Shown here: positions 1 to 10,025 of the stretch, piece after piece
How positions within the stretch are numbered: position 1 is the stretch's first letter
Layout of the letters: the number at the start of each line of letters is the position of its first letter
Origin: an uncultured Bacteroidota bacterium
Lineage (GTDB): Bacteria; Bacteroidota; Bacteroidia; Flavobacteriales; BACL11
Direction of reading: 5' to 3'
DNA: 64,000 bases
Assembly: GCA_902587125.1 (NCBI GenBank)
Contig: CACIJW010000005.1
Coordinates: 8,809-72,808 of the forward strand
Program-made: the position numbers and the translations under genes
Notes under the pieces: model-generated
Database searches by the model: none
What the model saw: the letters and a program-made list of their open reading frames with translations, nothing else
Told to the model about the DNA's origin: nothing

Positions 1-56
1 CAATTCTTATCAAAATATTATTCATATTTGATTAAATCTTTATATTCACACAGATA

Positions 57-3000
57 ATGAAACCCAATCTAACTGTTTATAAATCATCTGCTGGTTCTGG
101 AAAAACGTTCACATTATCTGTCAATTATATTGCCATTTGCTTATCTAATAAAAGTAAAGATTATTTCAAAAAAATTCTCGCAATTACTTTTACTAATAGG
201 GCAGCAAATGAAATGAAGAATAGAATACTCAGTTACTTAAAAAATATTTCAGAAAAGTCTATTGATCAATATATTTTAGATGAATTGAAGCTTAGAACTG
301 GACTTAATGAAGAAGAAATATTTAAAAAAGCTGCAATAGTTCATTCAAAAATGATACATAATTATTCTGATTTAAGTATCATGACTATTGATAAATTTAA
401 TTATCAAATAGTTAGATCTTTCTCTAGAGATTTTGGAATAAGCAATAATTTTGAGATTGAGTTAGATATCGAAAAAATTATTGAGCCAGCCGTCAAAGAA
501 TTATTAAATAAAATAGATAGCGAGGAAGGTGTTCTAACAAGAAACTTTATGTCTTTCTTTTTTTATAAACTAAAGTCAAAAAAAAGTACAGATTTAGTTT
601 CTGAAATTGAAAACTTTGCTAAACAAGTACTTAAAGAAAAGTCATACATCAGTTTTCCAAAAAAAGTTGATTATGATTTCTTCATTGAGTTGCAAAATAA
701 AATTAAAGTTTCGACCGAAGAAAATAAAAAAAAATTAAGACAACTCAATCTAAAATCCTCGCAATATCTTCGGAAAAATAATATCACTATTGATCATCTC
801 ACTAAGAGACCTAAAATTTATAATTTTTTTGACTCAATGATGCTAGATGATAAGATTTGGTTACAAAAAAGTAATATTAGAATTGAAAAAAGAGTTAAAT
901 CAGGTGAGATTTTCTCATCTGTTGGAAAAAAAATGTTTGACAGCTCAAAAAGAGGAACAATTTCAAAGCAACTTCAAATTTATTACAATGAATACAAGCA
1001 TTGCGTAAAAAAATTAAACACAGATATCATTTTAAATGAAAATATATTTTTGATGAAATTTATAAATGATATTTTATCATTTGTTACAAGCTATTGTGAG
1101 AAAAGTAACGTACAACATATTTCAAACTTCAATAAATTAATTAATAAAATAATTGTTAATCAACCATCAGCTTTCATATATGAAAAAATTGGTAGGAGAT
1201 ATAAAAATTTTCTAATTGATGAATTTCAAGATACATCTATTCTTCAATGGCAAAATTTATTACCATTAATCGTTGACTCTGTTGATTATAATCAAAGTCT
1301 AATAGTAGGTGATGCAAAACAGTCAATTTACAGATGGAGATCAAGTGAGGTAAATCAATTTATTGATTTACCTAAACTAGCGAATATGGAATTAATTTCT
1401 AGTTCTCATGAGTGGGAAAATAAGCTTAAATCACAATATGAAATGATTTTCTTGGAGAATAACTTTCGCTCAAAGAAAAATATCATAAAATTTAATAATG
1501 ATTTCTTTGAAAAAATAAAGCAAAGTTGTGGTTTTGAGATTGTTGAAAATATTTATAAAAATTTACATCAAAAAGATTCATATGCTGAAGTAGGAGGTTA
1601 TGTTAACATAGAGTTATTTGATAATGACGATTTTGATAAATCAATATGTAATAAAGTAAGTTCAGAAATATTTGATTTGGTATCCAAAAATTTAAGTTCG
1701 TATAAAGATATTGCAATATTATGCAATAGTAATAAAGACATCCAGAGAATAGCTAATCACCTTGTATCAGAAAATATTCCAATACTTTCTGATGAGGGAC
1801 TATTATTATCTAAATGTAAGAATGTAAAGTTTATCATTAATTTTATTAAAAACATTCAGCTTTCAGATAGTTTTACACGCTTTTTAGTTTTAAATTATTT
1901 GTTTAGTAATGAACTAAACAATCATGAATTAAAAGCTTTATCAATTTCAGAGGAGAGATTTGAAAAAAGAATTATTAGTAAATATCCAAATTATGATAAA
2001 AAACAATTTTTAAGATATTCTATTTACGAAATTATTGAGAAAATCGTCTTAGATTTTAATCTTAAAAATGATGCTTATGTTCATCATTTTAAAAATTTTG
2101 CTCTTTACTATCAAAATAAGTACTCAAGTAATTTAGAGTCATTTATCAAATTTTGGGAAGAAAATAATCATAAAGAAAAAATACAATCTCCGTCAGATAT
2201 CAATGCTGTTAATTTATTAACTATTCATAAATCCAAAGGATTGTCATTTAAGAACGTAATTATTCCATTTAATTGGGACAGAAATTTGAATAGGAAATTT
2301 ATATATGCTAATGATTTTAATTATAAATCAGAAATTTTGAGTTTAATATTAAACTACTCCTCAAGCTTAAAGGATAGTTTGTTTTCTGAATTATATGAAA
2401 AGGAAAGAGAACTGAATTTCATGGACAATGTTAATAAACTTTATGTTGCTATGACAAGGGCAGTTGATAGACTATATATATATTCTAAAAACCCATCTAA
2501 AAGCCAACTTGAAAACAAATTTGAACATTTACAAAAAGGATATTTAAACTCTTTTCTTTGTGTTCAAGAATTTAAATATCCTTTTGTTTTTGGTGAAAAA
2601 GATTTTACTTCAGCTGATAATAAAACGTCGAACTTATCAATAAAGATAAGCACTAACAATAAATTTAAAAGTTGGCAAGATTTATTAAAGTTTAAATTTA
2701 CTGAGAATGATAAAAAAATAATTGACAAAAAAGATTGGGGTACTATATTTCATTTAGCATTATCAAGAATAAGTTCAATTGATTTAATTAGTAAAGTTAT
2801 TAATGACTTGCTTGTTCAAGGCGTTTGTAATAAGTCCGAATCTATAAAGCTCGAAAAACAAATTAGTGAGTTTTTGTCACATGATGAAATTAGAAGTTAT
2901 TTCTTTAATGCTTTTGAAGTGATCAATGAAAAAGAGATACTTGTTAGAGATGGCAGATCTTTCATTCCAGATAAAGTTATTATTAAAGATAATGAGGTTT

Positions 3001-3143
3001 TGATTATTGATTTTAAAACAGGTGTTGAGAAAGATGATCATTTAAAAAAGATTCAAGAATATTCTGACATTTATAGTTTAATGGGATATAGAAACATAAA
3101 GACTAAACTCATATATGTTAAAAATTATATAGCAAATGAGTAA
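57..3143 (+). CDS. addA: ATP-dependent helicase/nuclease, AddA-like (UvrD-family SF1 helicase with C-terminal PD-(D/E)XK nuclease)
   Basis: Walker A SAGSGKT, Walker B IDEFQD, VGDAKQSIYRWR, LTIHKSKGL, LYVAMTRA, C-terminal PDKV..IIDFKTG nuclease motif; overlaps an AddB-like gene. Confidence 0.85.
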   Translation: MKPNLTVYKSSAGSGKTFTLSVNYIAICLSNKSKDYFKKILAITFTNRAANEMKNRILSYLKNISEKSIDQYILDELKLRTGLNEEEIFKKAAIVHSKMIHNYSDLSIMTIDKFNYQIVRSFSRDFGISNNFEIELDIEKIIEPAVKELLNKIDSEEGVLTRNFMSFFFYKLKSKKSTDLVSEIENFAKQVLKEKSYISFPKKVDYDFFIELQNKIKVSTEENKKKLRQLNLKSSQYLRKNNITIDHLTKRPKIYNFFDSMMLDDKIWLQKSNIRIEKRVKSGEIFSSVGKKMFDSSKRGTISKQLQIYYNEYKHCVKKLNTDIILNENIFLMKFINDILSFVTSYCEKSNVQHISNFNKLINKIIVNQPSAFIYEKIGRRYKNFLIDEFQDTSILQWQNLLPLIVDSVDYNQSLIVGDAKQSIYRWRSSEVNQFIDLPKLANMELISSSHEWENKLKSQYEMIFLENNFRSKKNIIKFNNDFFEKIKQSCGFEIVENIYKNLHQKDSYAEVGGYVNIELFDNDDFDKSICNKVSSEIFDLVSKNLSSYKDIAILCNSNKDIQRIANHLVSENIPILSDEGLLLSKCKNVKFIINFIKNIQLSDSFTRFLVLNYLFSNELNNHELKALSISEERFEKRIISKYPNYDKKQFLRYSIYEIIEKIVLDFNLKNDAYVHHFKNFALYYQNKYSSNLESFIKFWEENNHKEKIQSPSDINAVNLLTIHKSKGLSFKNVIIPFNWDRNLNRKFIYANDFNYKSEILSLILNYSSSLKDSLFSELYEKERELNFMDNVNKLYVAMTRAVDRLYIYSKNPSKSQLENKFEHLQKGYLNSFLCVQEFKYPFVFGEKDFTSADNKTSNLSIKISTNNKFKSWQDLLKFKFTENDKKIIDKKDWGTIFHLALSRISSIDLISKVINDLLVQGVCNKSESIKLEKQISEFLSHDEIRSYFFNAFEVINEKEILVRDGRSFIPDKVIIKDNEVLIIDFKTGVEKDDHLKKIQEYSDIYSLMGYRNIKTKLIYVKNYIANE

Positions 3144-5841
3144 TAAGTTTTTATCATTAATAGCTGATGAGGTACTAAAAAAAATTATTCTTAAAAAAAG
3201 AAATGTTGCCATTATTTTGCCCTCCAAGAGATCAATACAGCATTTAAAAAAAGAGATTTCTAAGAAATTAGATAATCCAATTTTTCTTCCAAGAATACTA
3301 ACTATAGAACAGTTCATAATTGAAATAGCCAATATTGAAGTTATAGACAACTTGTGTACTCTTACTGAGTTTTTTAAGATATTTAGTGAAGCTGATGATA
3401 AGAAGAAATTTGATGAATTTTATGACTGGGCACAGATTTTATTAAATGATTTCAACGATGTTGATTTGGGATGTGTTGATTCATCAAAAATTTTTAGAAG
3501 TCTATTAGAAGTTAAGGAGCTAGAAAGTTGGACCAATGAAGAATGGAGTTTCAATAATGATTATCTGACCGCCGAACAAGAAAATTATTTAACTTTTTAT
3601 TCAAATTTTAAAAAGTGGTACGATGAATTATATCAAAGCTTGATTTCTAAAAATAAAGCATATAAGGGTATGGCATATAGAATTGCATCAGAGAAAATTT
3701 TTAATTATCAATCTGAATATGAACAAATTTGGTTTATTGGCTTGAACGCCTTAACACAGTCAGAAGAAAAAATAATTGATACTTTAAAAAATAGAGACAT
3801 AGCAAGAGTATATTGGGATACCGATAAATATTATTTTGAAAATATTGATCATGAAGCTGGAGATTTTCTAAGAAAACAAAAAAGAAAATGGAGTGATATA
3901 GATTTTAAAGGAGTTAGTGAAAATATGTCCATAGAAAAAGATGAGTTCAATATAATTTCTTGCTCTGATTCAATAGGTCAGGCTAATGCAATTTATAATA
4001 TATTAGCTAGCATACCTGAGAATGAAATAGTTAGCGGAGAGTCAATAATTATATTGCCTGACGAATCAAAATTGCTTTCGGTGATTCATCATTTACCAAA
4101 AAATATTAGCGAATTAAATGTCACTCTTGGATATCCTCTCAAGTCATCTCAAATTATTGATTATGTAATTTCTTTTTTGAAACTTAATTCAGTCAAATCA
4201 AATTCTAAAAGTTTCTACTATGTTGATTTATTAAATATTTTAAATAGTAGCCTGACAAGAAAAATTATTGATAACAAAAAGATAGATAAAGTAATTAAAA
4301 AAATAAATAATGAAAATTTAGTAAACATTGCACCTGAGACAATTACAGAACTTAATACAAATCATAAATTATTTACCAAAAAATGTTCTAATGTAAATGA
4401 GCTAGTGCCTCAAATTATTAATTTATTGAGTGAATTGTTAGACATAGAGAAAAATTTTTTTCAACGTGAAATTTTTATTAAAGTTATTGATGTTTTAGTT
4501 CAACTTCAAAACCTATTTGATGGTATTGAAATTACCATCGAATCGTTTTTAAAATTGTATACTAGAGAATCATCAAAATTAAGTGTAACGTTCACAGGAA
4601 ACTCCATGAGTGGACTACAAGTTATGGGAATTCTTGAATCCAGAGTTTTAGACTTTAAAAATGTGATATTTATTGATTTAAATGAAGGAATTCTTCCAAA
4701 AAATCAAACTAGTATTAGCTTTATACCATATGATCTAAAAATTCATTTTGGTATAAATTATTCAAAACGTAATGAAGCTATATTCGCTTATCATTTTTAT
4801 AGAATTTTACAAAGAGCAAGAAAAGTAAGTTTAATTTATCAAACTAAATCAGATAGCTTCTCATTTGGAGAAAAAAGCAGATTTATTACTCAGCTAGAAT
4901 CTGAGTATAAATCAACACAAATCAATTATTTCAATTATGAATCTGAACTCATTTCCAAAGAAAGTATTAATGAAATTGAAAATAAGGGATGCAATGAGCT
5001 TATTAATAATTGGTTATTATCTGGAATCTCAGCATCATCAATAACAACATATTTCAGATGTCCTGTATCATTTTATTGCAAGTATATTCTTGGTATAGAA
5101 GAGCCTTCAGAAGTTGAAGAAAATCTAAATCCAATGACTTTTGGAAATCTTGCTCATAGTATTTTAGAAAAAATATATCCTCATAAAATTTTAAATGTCA
5201 GAGATTTTGAAAAAATGAAAGATGGTATTGACTTATTAATAAAAGCTGAAATGTTTAAAATTTTAGGAACAAAGGATCTAAGAGGTATTAATTATGCAAA
5301 TTTTAAAATGGCTAAAGAATTAATTACAAAATTGCTTGATTATGAAATAAGTTTGATAAAAAAAGGAGCTAAAATTGAAATTATTGATACTGAAAAAAAA
5401 ATAGATTTTGAGATAAAAACTGCTCAAAATAAAATTAAGTTTTTTGCAATCATTGACAGAATTGATCGATTTGAAAAAAGTCTTAGAATTATTGACTACA
5501 AAACAGGTAGAGTAGATCATAAGGAGCTGAATTTTAAATATTTTGATAATTATGAGGAAATAAAAAATAGACCCAAAGCTTTTCAACTTTTGTTTTATCT
5601 TTTTTTAGTTTCAAATTGTCATGAAATGAAAAATGAAAAAATTATATCAGCAAATATCTCGTTAAAAGAAATTGACGATGGACTAAAGTTTTTATTACGC
5701 GATCAAGATGTATTTGAACCAAATAATAATTTTCAAAAAGATTTTTTGAACTTAATAGAAACCATTATCAGTGAAATACGTACAAATAATTATAAATCTT
5801 GCCAGAGAGAGAGTTGTATATATTGTAAAAACTTATTTTAA
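3136..5841 (+). CDS. addB: AddB-like PD-(D/E)XK nuclease family protein
   Basis: C-terminal IDRID..IIDYKTG..FQL motifs, SASSITTYFRCP and terminal Cys cluster; 8-nt overlap with addA. Confidence 0.75.
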   Translation: MSNKFLSLIADEVLKKIILKKRNVAIILPSKRSIQHLKKEISKKLDNPIFLPRILTIEQFIIEIANIEVIDNLCTLTEFFKIFSEADDKKKFDEFYDWAQILLNDFNDVDLGCVDSSKIFRSLLEVKELESWTNEEWSFNNDYLTAEQENYLTFYSNFKKWYDELYQSLISKNKAYKGMAYRIASEKIFNYQSEYEQIWFIGLNALTQSEEKIIDTLKNRDIARVYWDTDKYYFENIDHEAGDFLRKQKRKWSDIDFKGVSENMSIEKDEFNIISCSDSIGQANAIYNILASIPENEIVSGESIIILPDESKLLSVIHHLPKNISELNVTLGYPLKSSQIIDYVISFLKLNSVKSNSKSFYYVDLLNILNSSLTRKIIDNKKIDKVIKKINNENLVNIAPETITELNTNHKLFTKKCSNVNELVPQIINLLSELLDIEKNFFQREIFIKVIDVLVQLQNLFDGIEITIESFLKLYTRESSKLSVTFTGNSMSGLQVMGILESRVLDFKNVIFIDLNEGILPKNQTSISFIPYDLKIHFGINYSKRNEAIFAYHFYRILQRARKVSLIYQTKSDSFSFGEKSRFITQLESEYKSTQINYFNYESELISKESINEIENKGCNELINNWLLSGISASSITTYFRCPVSFYCKYILGIEEPSEVEENLNPMTFGNLAHSILEKIYPHKILNVRDFEKMKDGIDLLIKAEMFKILGTKDLRGINYANFKMAKELITKLLDYEISLIKKGAKIEIIDTEKKIDFEIKTAQNKIKFFAIIDRIDRFEKSLRIIDYKTGRVDHKELNFKYFDNYEEIKNRPKAFQLLFYLFLVSNCHEMKNEKIISANISLKEIDDGLKFLLRDQDVFEPNNNFQKDFLNLIETIISEIRTNNYKSCQRESCIYCKNLF

Positions 5842-5982
5842 ATATGAGAACATTTTTTCTATTTTTTTCTTTTTTACGTAAAGTTGATTTGTTTGATAGA
5901 GAGTTTAGTCCATCAGAAATAAAAAGTTTAGCTTTACTATATATGTTGAGTTTGAAATAATTAATAGCGTTAAATAATTTAT

Positions 5983-6393
5983 ATGTCTAAAGTAATTGGA
6001 ATTGATTATGGAAAGAAAAGAATTGGAATTGCAATTTCAGATATTGATCAAAAAATTGCCTTTCCACTCATAACAGTTGAGAATAATAAACCCATTGAAA
6101 TTTTAAAAAAAATTATGGAAAGTGAGAAAGTATCTTCAATTGTTGTTGGAGTTCCAGTTAATCTGGATGGAAATAATACTGATGCTACAGAAATGTGTTT
6201 TAAATTTCATTTAAAATTAAAAAAAGAATTTCCGAAAATTAACCATTTTGTTGAAGATGAGAGACTAACATCTAAACTTGCTAAAAGATTTCTCAATCAA
6301 TCTGAGAAAAAAAAACAAAGAGGAAACAAAAAAAATATTGATAAGATAAGTGCATCAATTATTTTAGAGAATTTTTTGATTGGTCTCAATTAA
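5983..6393 (+). CDS. ruvX: YqgF/RuvX family RNase H-like nuclease (pre-16S rRNA processing)
   Basis: IGIDYGKKRIGIA, VVGVP, DERLTS, IDKISASIILE motifs. Confidence 0.93.
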   Translation: MSKVIGIDYGKKRIGIAISDIDQKIAFPLITVENNKPIEILKKIMESEKVSSIVVGVPVNLDGNNTDATEMCFKFHLKLKKEFPKINHFVEDERLTSKLAKRFLNQSEKKKQRGNKKNIDKISASIILENFLIGLN

Positions 6394-9096
6394 ATATTTT
6401 TTTAAATATTGTCCAGTATGAGAGTTTTTACAATTTATTAGTTTTTTAATTTCTCCACTAAATATTTTCTCACCCCCTTCACTTCCACCATCAGGGCCTA
6501 GGTCAATAATCCAATTAGAATTATTAATAATGTCAAGATTATGCTCTATGCAAATTATTGAATTTCCTAGTTCTATAAGCTTATCAAATGAAATTAATAG
6601 TTTTTTGATATCTTCAAAATGAAGTCCTGTTGTAGGTTCGTCAAATAAAAAAATTGTTTTATCTAATTTATTAGACTTTGATAAAAAATAAGCTAGCTTA
6701 ACTCTTTGAGCCTCTCCACCACTTAAACTACTTGAGGATTGTCCCAGCTTAACATATTCAAGACCAACTTGATTTAAAAAATCTAATTTTTTTACAATCT
6801 TGTCTTCATTATGTTCTTTGAAAAATTCTATAGCCTCAGATACTGTCATGTCAAGTATATCATTTATATTCTTGCTGTTAAATTTGATATCTATAACTTC
6901 ATCCTTAAACTTTTTACCATTGCACTTTTCACATTTTATTTTTACATCAGCCATAAATTGCATTTCTATGTTTATCTCACCTTCCCCTTTGCATTCCTCA
7001 CATCTTCCACCTGCAATATTAAAAGAGAAGAATCCAGACTTGTACTTTCTTTGCTTTGAAAGTGGCTGTTTAGCAAATAAATTTCTGATATCATCATATG
7101 CTTTCAAATATGTAACAGGATTTGATCGTGATGATTTTCCTATTGGATTTTGGCTAAGATATTCGACATTTTTGTAGTTATTATTTAGTATTTCAAAACT
7201 CTCACATTCTCTAATCTGAGCTATACCTGAGTCAAAAAATGCTTTTAGACCAGGTTCAATTACTTTTTTTAATAATGAAGATTTACCAGAACCACTTACT
7301 CCAGTTATTGTACAAATAAGTCCCAAAGGAATGTCAAAATTTTGGTTTTTAATGTTGTTTACATTTACGTTTTTTAATCTTATTGAGGAATCACTTTTTC
7401 TATCAATCAAGGGTTTTTTAATGATTTTTTTATTTGTTAAATAATCTAGTGTAAGACTTTGATTGTAATTATGAAATTCTGATTTTTTTCCTGCAAAAAC
7501 AACTTTACCACCTAAACTACCAGCTTTTGGTCCAATATCAATAATATAATCAGAGTTTAGAATTATATCTTTATCGTGCTCAACAATTATTACTGTATTT
7601 CCAATTTCTTTAAGTTTAGTTATTATTTTCATTAGTTTTTGAGTGTCTTTTGGATGTAATCCTATGCTAGGTTCATCTAAGATATACATTGTGCCAATTA
7701 AAGAGCTTGCAAGTGAATTAGCTAGATTTAGCCTTTGAAACTCTCCACCTGAAAGTGTGTTTGATTTTCTTGAAAGACTTAAATAGCTTAAACCTACGTT
7801 TAGTAAGTAATCTATTCTGTTTCTAATTTCTTTTAATAATCTTTCTGATGTTTTTAGGTCCTCATCATTTAGCACAATTTTTTTAAAGAAAGCTGATAAA
7901 TCTTTTAAGCTCAAGTTGCTGAGCTCAGTTATTGTTTTTCCATCAATCTTAACGTAATTTGACTCTTCTCTTAATCTAGAACCATTACATACATTACATT
8001 GTGTCTTGCCTGTATATCTTGAAAGTAAAACTCTATTTTGAATTTTATACTTTTTCTTCTCAAGTTTTGAGAAAAAAGTATTTATTCCTTTGGCATCTTT
8101 TGTCCCGTTCCAAAGAATTTCTTTCTCCTGCTTACTCAAGTCTTTATAGGGTCTGTGAATTGGAAAATCGGATGAAATTTTATTGACGAAATTAGTTTTC
8201 CACTTAGATAGCTTAGTACCTGACCAACATTTAACAGCTCCTTCATAAACAGAAAGACTCTTGTCAGGAATTACTTTACTATCATCAATGCCAATGGTAT
8301 CTCCATAACCTTGACAATTTTTGCATGCACCATATGGGTTGTTAAATGAAAATAAATTTACACTTGGTTCTATTATTTTTATTTCATTATTGTCATGCCT
8401 AAATAAAAAATCATGAATTTTATTTTCACACATTACATGCAGTCTATTTGACTGTTCTTTGGCGATTTCAATTGACTCAAATAGTCTAGAGCTATTGTCT
8501 TCAATTATCTTTAAAGTATCAATAATGATGAACCCAACTTTTGAATATTCATCTTCAAGATTATTAATATTAACAACTTTTTTATTTAATAAAACCTCAG
8601 AATATCCTTGAAAAATTAATTTTTTCTTGTCTATTTTCTTTTTAATAAGAAGACTTATTTCTTTCTTTTTAAAGTTGTCAAAACAAAATTTTATGACATC
8701 ATCAACTTTATGAATTGTAAATTCTTCATTACCAATATAGATTTTTCCAATTCTAGCGTATAAAAGTTTTAAGTACTCGTATATTTCAGAAACAGTTCCT
8801 ACTGTAGATCTTGGGTTTTTTGTTCCGTTTTTTTGTTCTAAAGCTATTGCTGGACATATGCCAGTAATTTCACTAACATCAGGTTTATCAATTTTTCCAA
8901 GAAATTGTCTAGCGTAAGATGAGAGACTCTCAATGTATCTCCTTTGTCCTTCCGCATGTAAAGTGTTGATAGCTAAACTCGACTTGCCTGAACCTGAAAC
9001 GCCTGTTACGCTTACTATTTTGTTTTTTGGAATAATAACGTCAATATTTTTGAGATTATTAACTCTAGCACCTTTTATGAAAATCTTTTCTGACAT
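6364..9096 (-). CDS. uvrA: Excinuclease ABC subunit A (short, 910-aa type)
   Basis: Two ABC ATPase modules (GVSGSGKSS twice, LSGGEFQR/LSGGEAQR, DEPSIG/DEPTTG), CxxC zinc modules, N-terminal GARVNNLKNIDV. Confidence 0.95.
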   Translation of the reverse strand: MSEKIFIKGARVNNLKNIDVIIPKNKIVSVTGVSGSGKSSLAINTLHAEGQRRYIESLSSYARQFLGKIDKPDVSEITGICPAIALEQKNGTKNPRSTVGTVSEIYEYLKLLYARIGKIYIGNEEFTIHKVDDVIKFCFDNFKKKEISLLIKKKIDKKKLIFQGYSEVLLNKKVVNINNLEDEYSKVGFIIIDTLKIIEDNSSRLFESIEIAKEQSNRLHVMCENKIHDFLFRHDNNEIKIIEPSVNLFSFNNPYGACKNCQGYGDTIGIDDSKVIPDKSLSVYEGAVKCWSGTKLSKWKTNFVNKISSDFPIHRPYKDLSKQEKEILWNGTKDAKGINTFFSKLEKKKYKIQNRVLLSRYTGKTQCNVCNGSRLREESNYVKIDGKTITELSNLSLKDLSAFFKKIVLNDEDLKTSERLLKEIRNRIDYLLNVGLSYLSLSRKSNTLSGGEFQRLNLANSLASSLIGTMYILDEPSIGLHPKDTQKLMKIITKLKEIGNTVIIVEHDKDIILNSDYIIDIGPKAGSLGGKVVFAGKKSEFHNYNQSLTLDYLTNKKIIKKPLIDRKSDSSIRLKNVNVNNIKNQNFDIPLGLICTITGVSGSGKSSLLKKVIEPGLKAFFDSGIAQIRECESFEILNNNYKNVEYLSQNPIGKSSRSNPVTYLKAYDDIRNLFAKQPLSKQRKYKSGFFSFNIAGGRCEECKGEGEINIEMQFMADVKIKCEKCNGKKFKDEVIDIKFNSKNINDILDMTVSEAIEFFKEHNEDKIVKKLDFLNQVGLEYVKLGQSSSSLSGGEAQRVKLAYFLSKSNKLDKTIFLFDEPTTGLHFEDIKKLLISFDKLIELGNSIICIEHNLDIINNSNWIIDLGPDGGSEGGEKIFSGEIKKLINCKNSHTGQYLKKYLIETNQKIL

Positions 9097-9110
9097 TATT
9101 AAACAATTTG

Positions 9111-9118
9111 CAAAATTA
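9111..9118 (-). promoter_or_regulatory. Bacteroidota -7 promoter element (TAATTTTG) for uvrA
   Basis: Exact TAnnTTTG on the minus strand, 14 nt before the uvrA ATG. Confidence 0.6.
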
Positions 9119-9128
9119 AATAATATGG

Positions 9129-9160
9129 TTTGTATAATTTGATTACTATGACTATATTTG
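9129..9160 (+). promoter_or_regulatory. Bacteroidota primary-sigma promoter (-33 TTTG, -7 TATATTTG) for the ECF sigma gene
   Basis: TTTG at 9129-9132, 20-nt spacer, TATATTTG at 9153-9160; fits TTTG-N19-21-TAnnTTTG. Confidence 0.65.
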
Positions 9161-9225
9161 TTAATAATTTAAATAAAACGCCTATAAGACACATTTCTAC
9201 TTTAATAACTTTAAACAAGTAGTAT

Positions 9226-9807
9226 ATGTTTTATAAAATTGAGGACAAGTCACTTGTCAAAAATTACATCCAAGGCGACAATAAATCATTTGAAATTTTA
9301 CTTAACAGGCACAAATCCAAAGTATTTGGTTACATAATGTCTAAAGTGAAAAACAAAGATATTGCTGATGATATTTTTCAAGATACTTTTATCAAAGCAA
9401 TTAATTCTTTGAAAAAAGGAACTTACAATGAGGAAGGAAAGTTTCTTCCTTGGATATTTAGAATTGCTCATAATTTAATTATTGATCACTTTAGAAGGAT
9501 TAAGACTCAGAAGATAGTTAATCATAGAGAAGATTATAATTTATTTGATTTTATTGAAGATGGAAGCTTAACCGCAGAAAAAAAAATAATTAAAAAAGAG
9601 ATTTTCAATGATTTAACTAAGCTCATAGATTTACTTCCTGACTCTCAAAAAACAGTATTGCAACTAAGGTACTATGAAGACAAAAGTTTTAAAGAAATAG
9701 CTGAGCTTTGTGATATCAGCATAAATACAGCTCTTGGTAGAATGAGGTATGCTTTGCTAAATCTTAGAAAGTTTTCGTTAGAAAAAAAAATTAATCTAGA
9801 AATGTAA
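9226..9807 (+). CDS. ECF-type sigma-70 family RNA polymerase sigma factor
   Basis: 193 aa; region 2 DIFQDTFIK..FLPWIFRIAHNLIIDHFR; region 4 LRYYEDKSFKEIA..INTALGRMRYA. Confidence 0.92.
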   Translation: MFYKIEDKSLVKNYIQGDNKSFEILLNRHKSKVFGYIMSKVKNKDIADDIFQDTFIKAINSLKKGTYNEEGKFLPWIFRIAHNLIIDHFRRIKTQKIVNHREDYNLFDFIEDGSLTAEKKIIKKEIFNDLTKLIDLLPDSQKTVLQLRYYEDKSFKEIAELCDISINTALGRMRYALLNLRKFSLEKKINLEM

Positions 9808-9856
9808 TATATTGTATTTTGTTTCGTTTATTTGATTGTTAACTAAAAACTATCGG

Positions 9857-10018
9857 ATGAATAGAAATTTTACAAAAGGAAAAAATTTATTAAAACCAAA
9901 GAACAAAGTTGCCAAACTTCCAAAGGAAGAAACACTTCGAACAATAATTGATTATAGTAAATCAACAAAATATAAAAAGTCCAATTTTTTAAATAACTTG
10001 CTTATTAATCTAAATTAG
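9857..10018 (+). CDS. Small basic hypothetical protein between the ECF sigma gene and nth
   Basis: ATG at 9857 (ORF track starts at TTG 9836); fills the gap between two genes and ends 7 nt before nth; PKEETLRTIIDYSK core. Confidence 0.65.
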   Translation: MNRNFTKGKNLLKPKNKVAKLPKEETLRTIIDYSKSTKYKKSNFLNNLLINLN

Positions 10019-10025
10019 AAGTTTA

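Noticed and set aside
4460-4471. TTCAACGTGAAA, resembling a parS palindrome
   Set aside because: It has an extra base and lacks the TGTT/AACA flanks of TGTTTCACGTGAAACA, and it lies inside addB. I saw no convincing parS in the window.
57-6393. Helicase + nuclease + RNase H-fold trio as an anti-phage defence system
   Set aside because: The motifs and sizes match housekeeping AddAB and YqgF, composition matches the host, and there is no mobile context.
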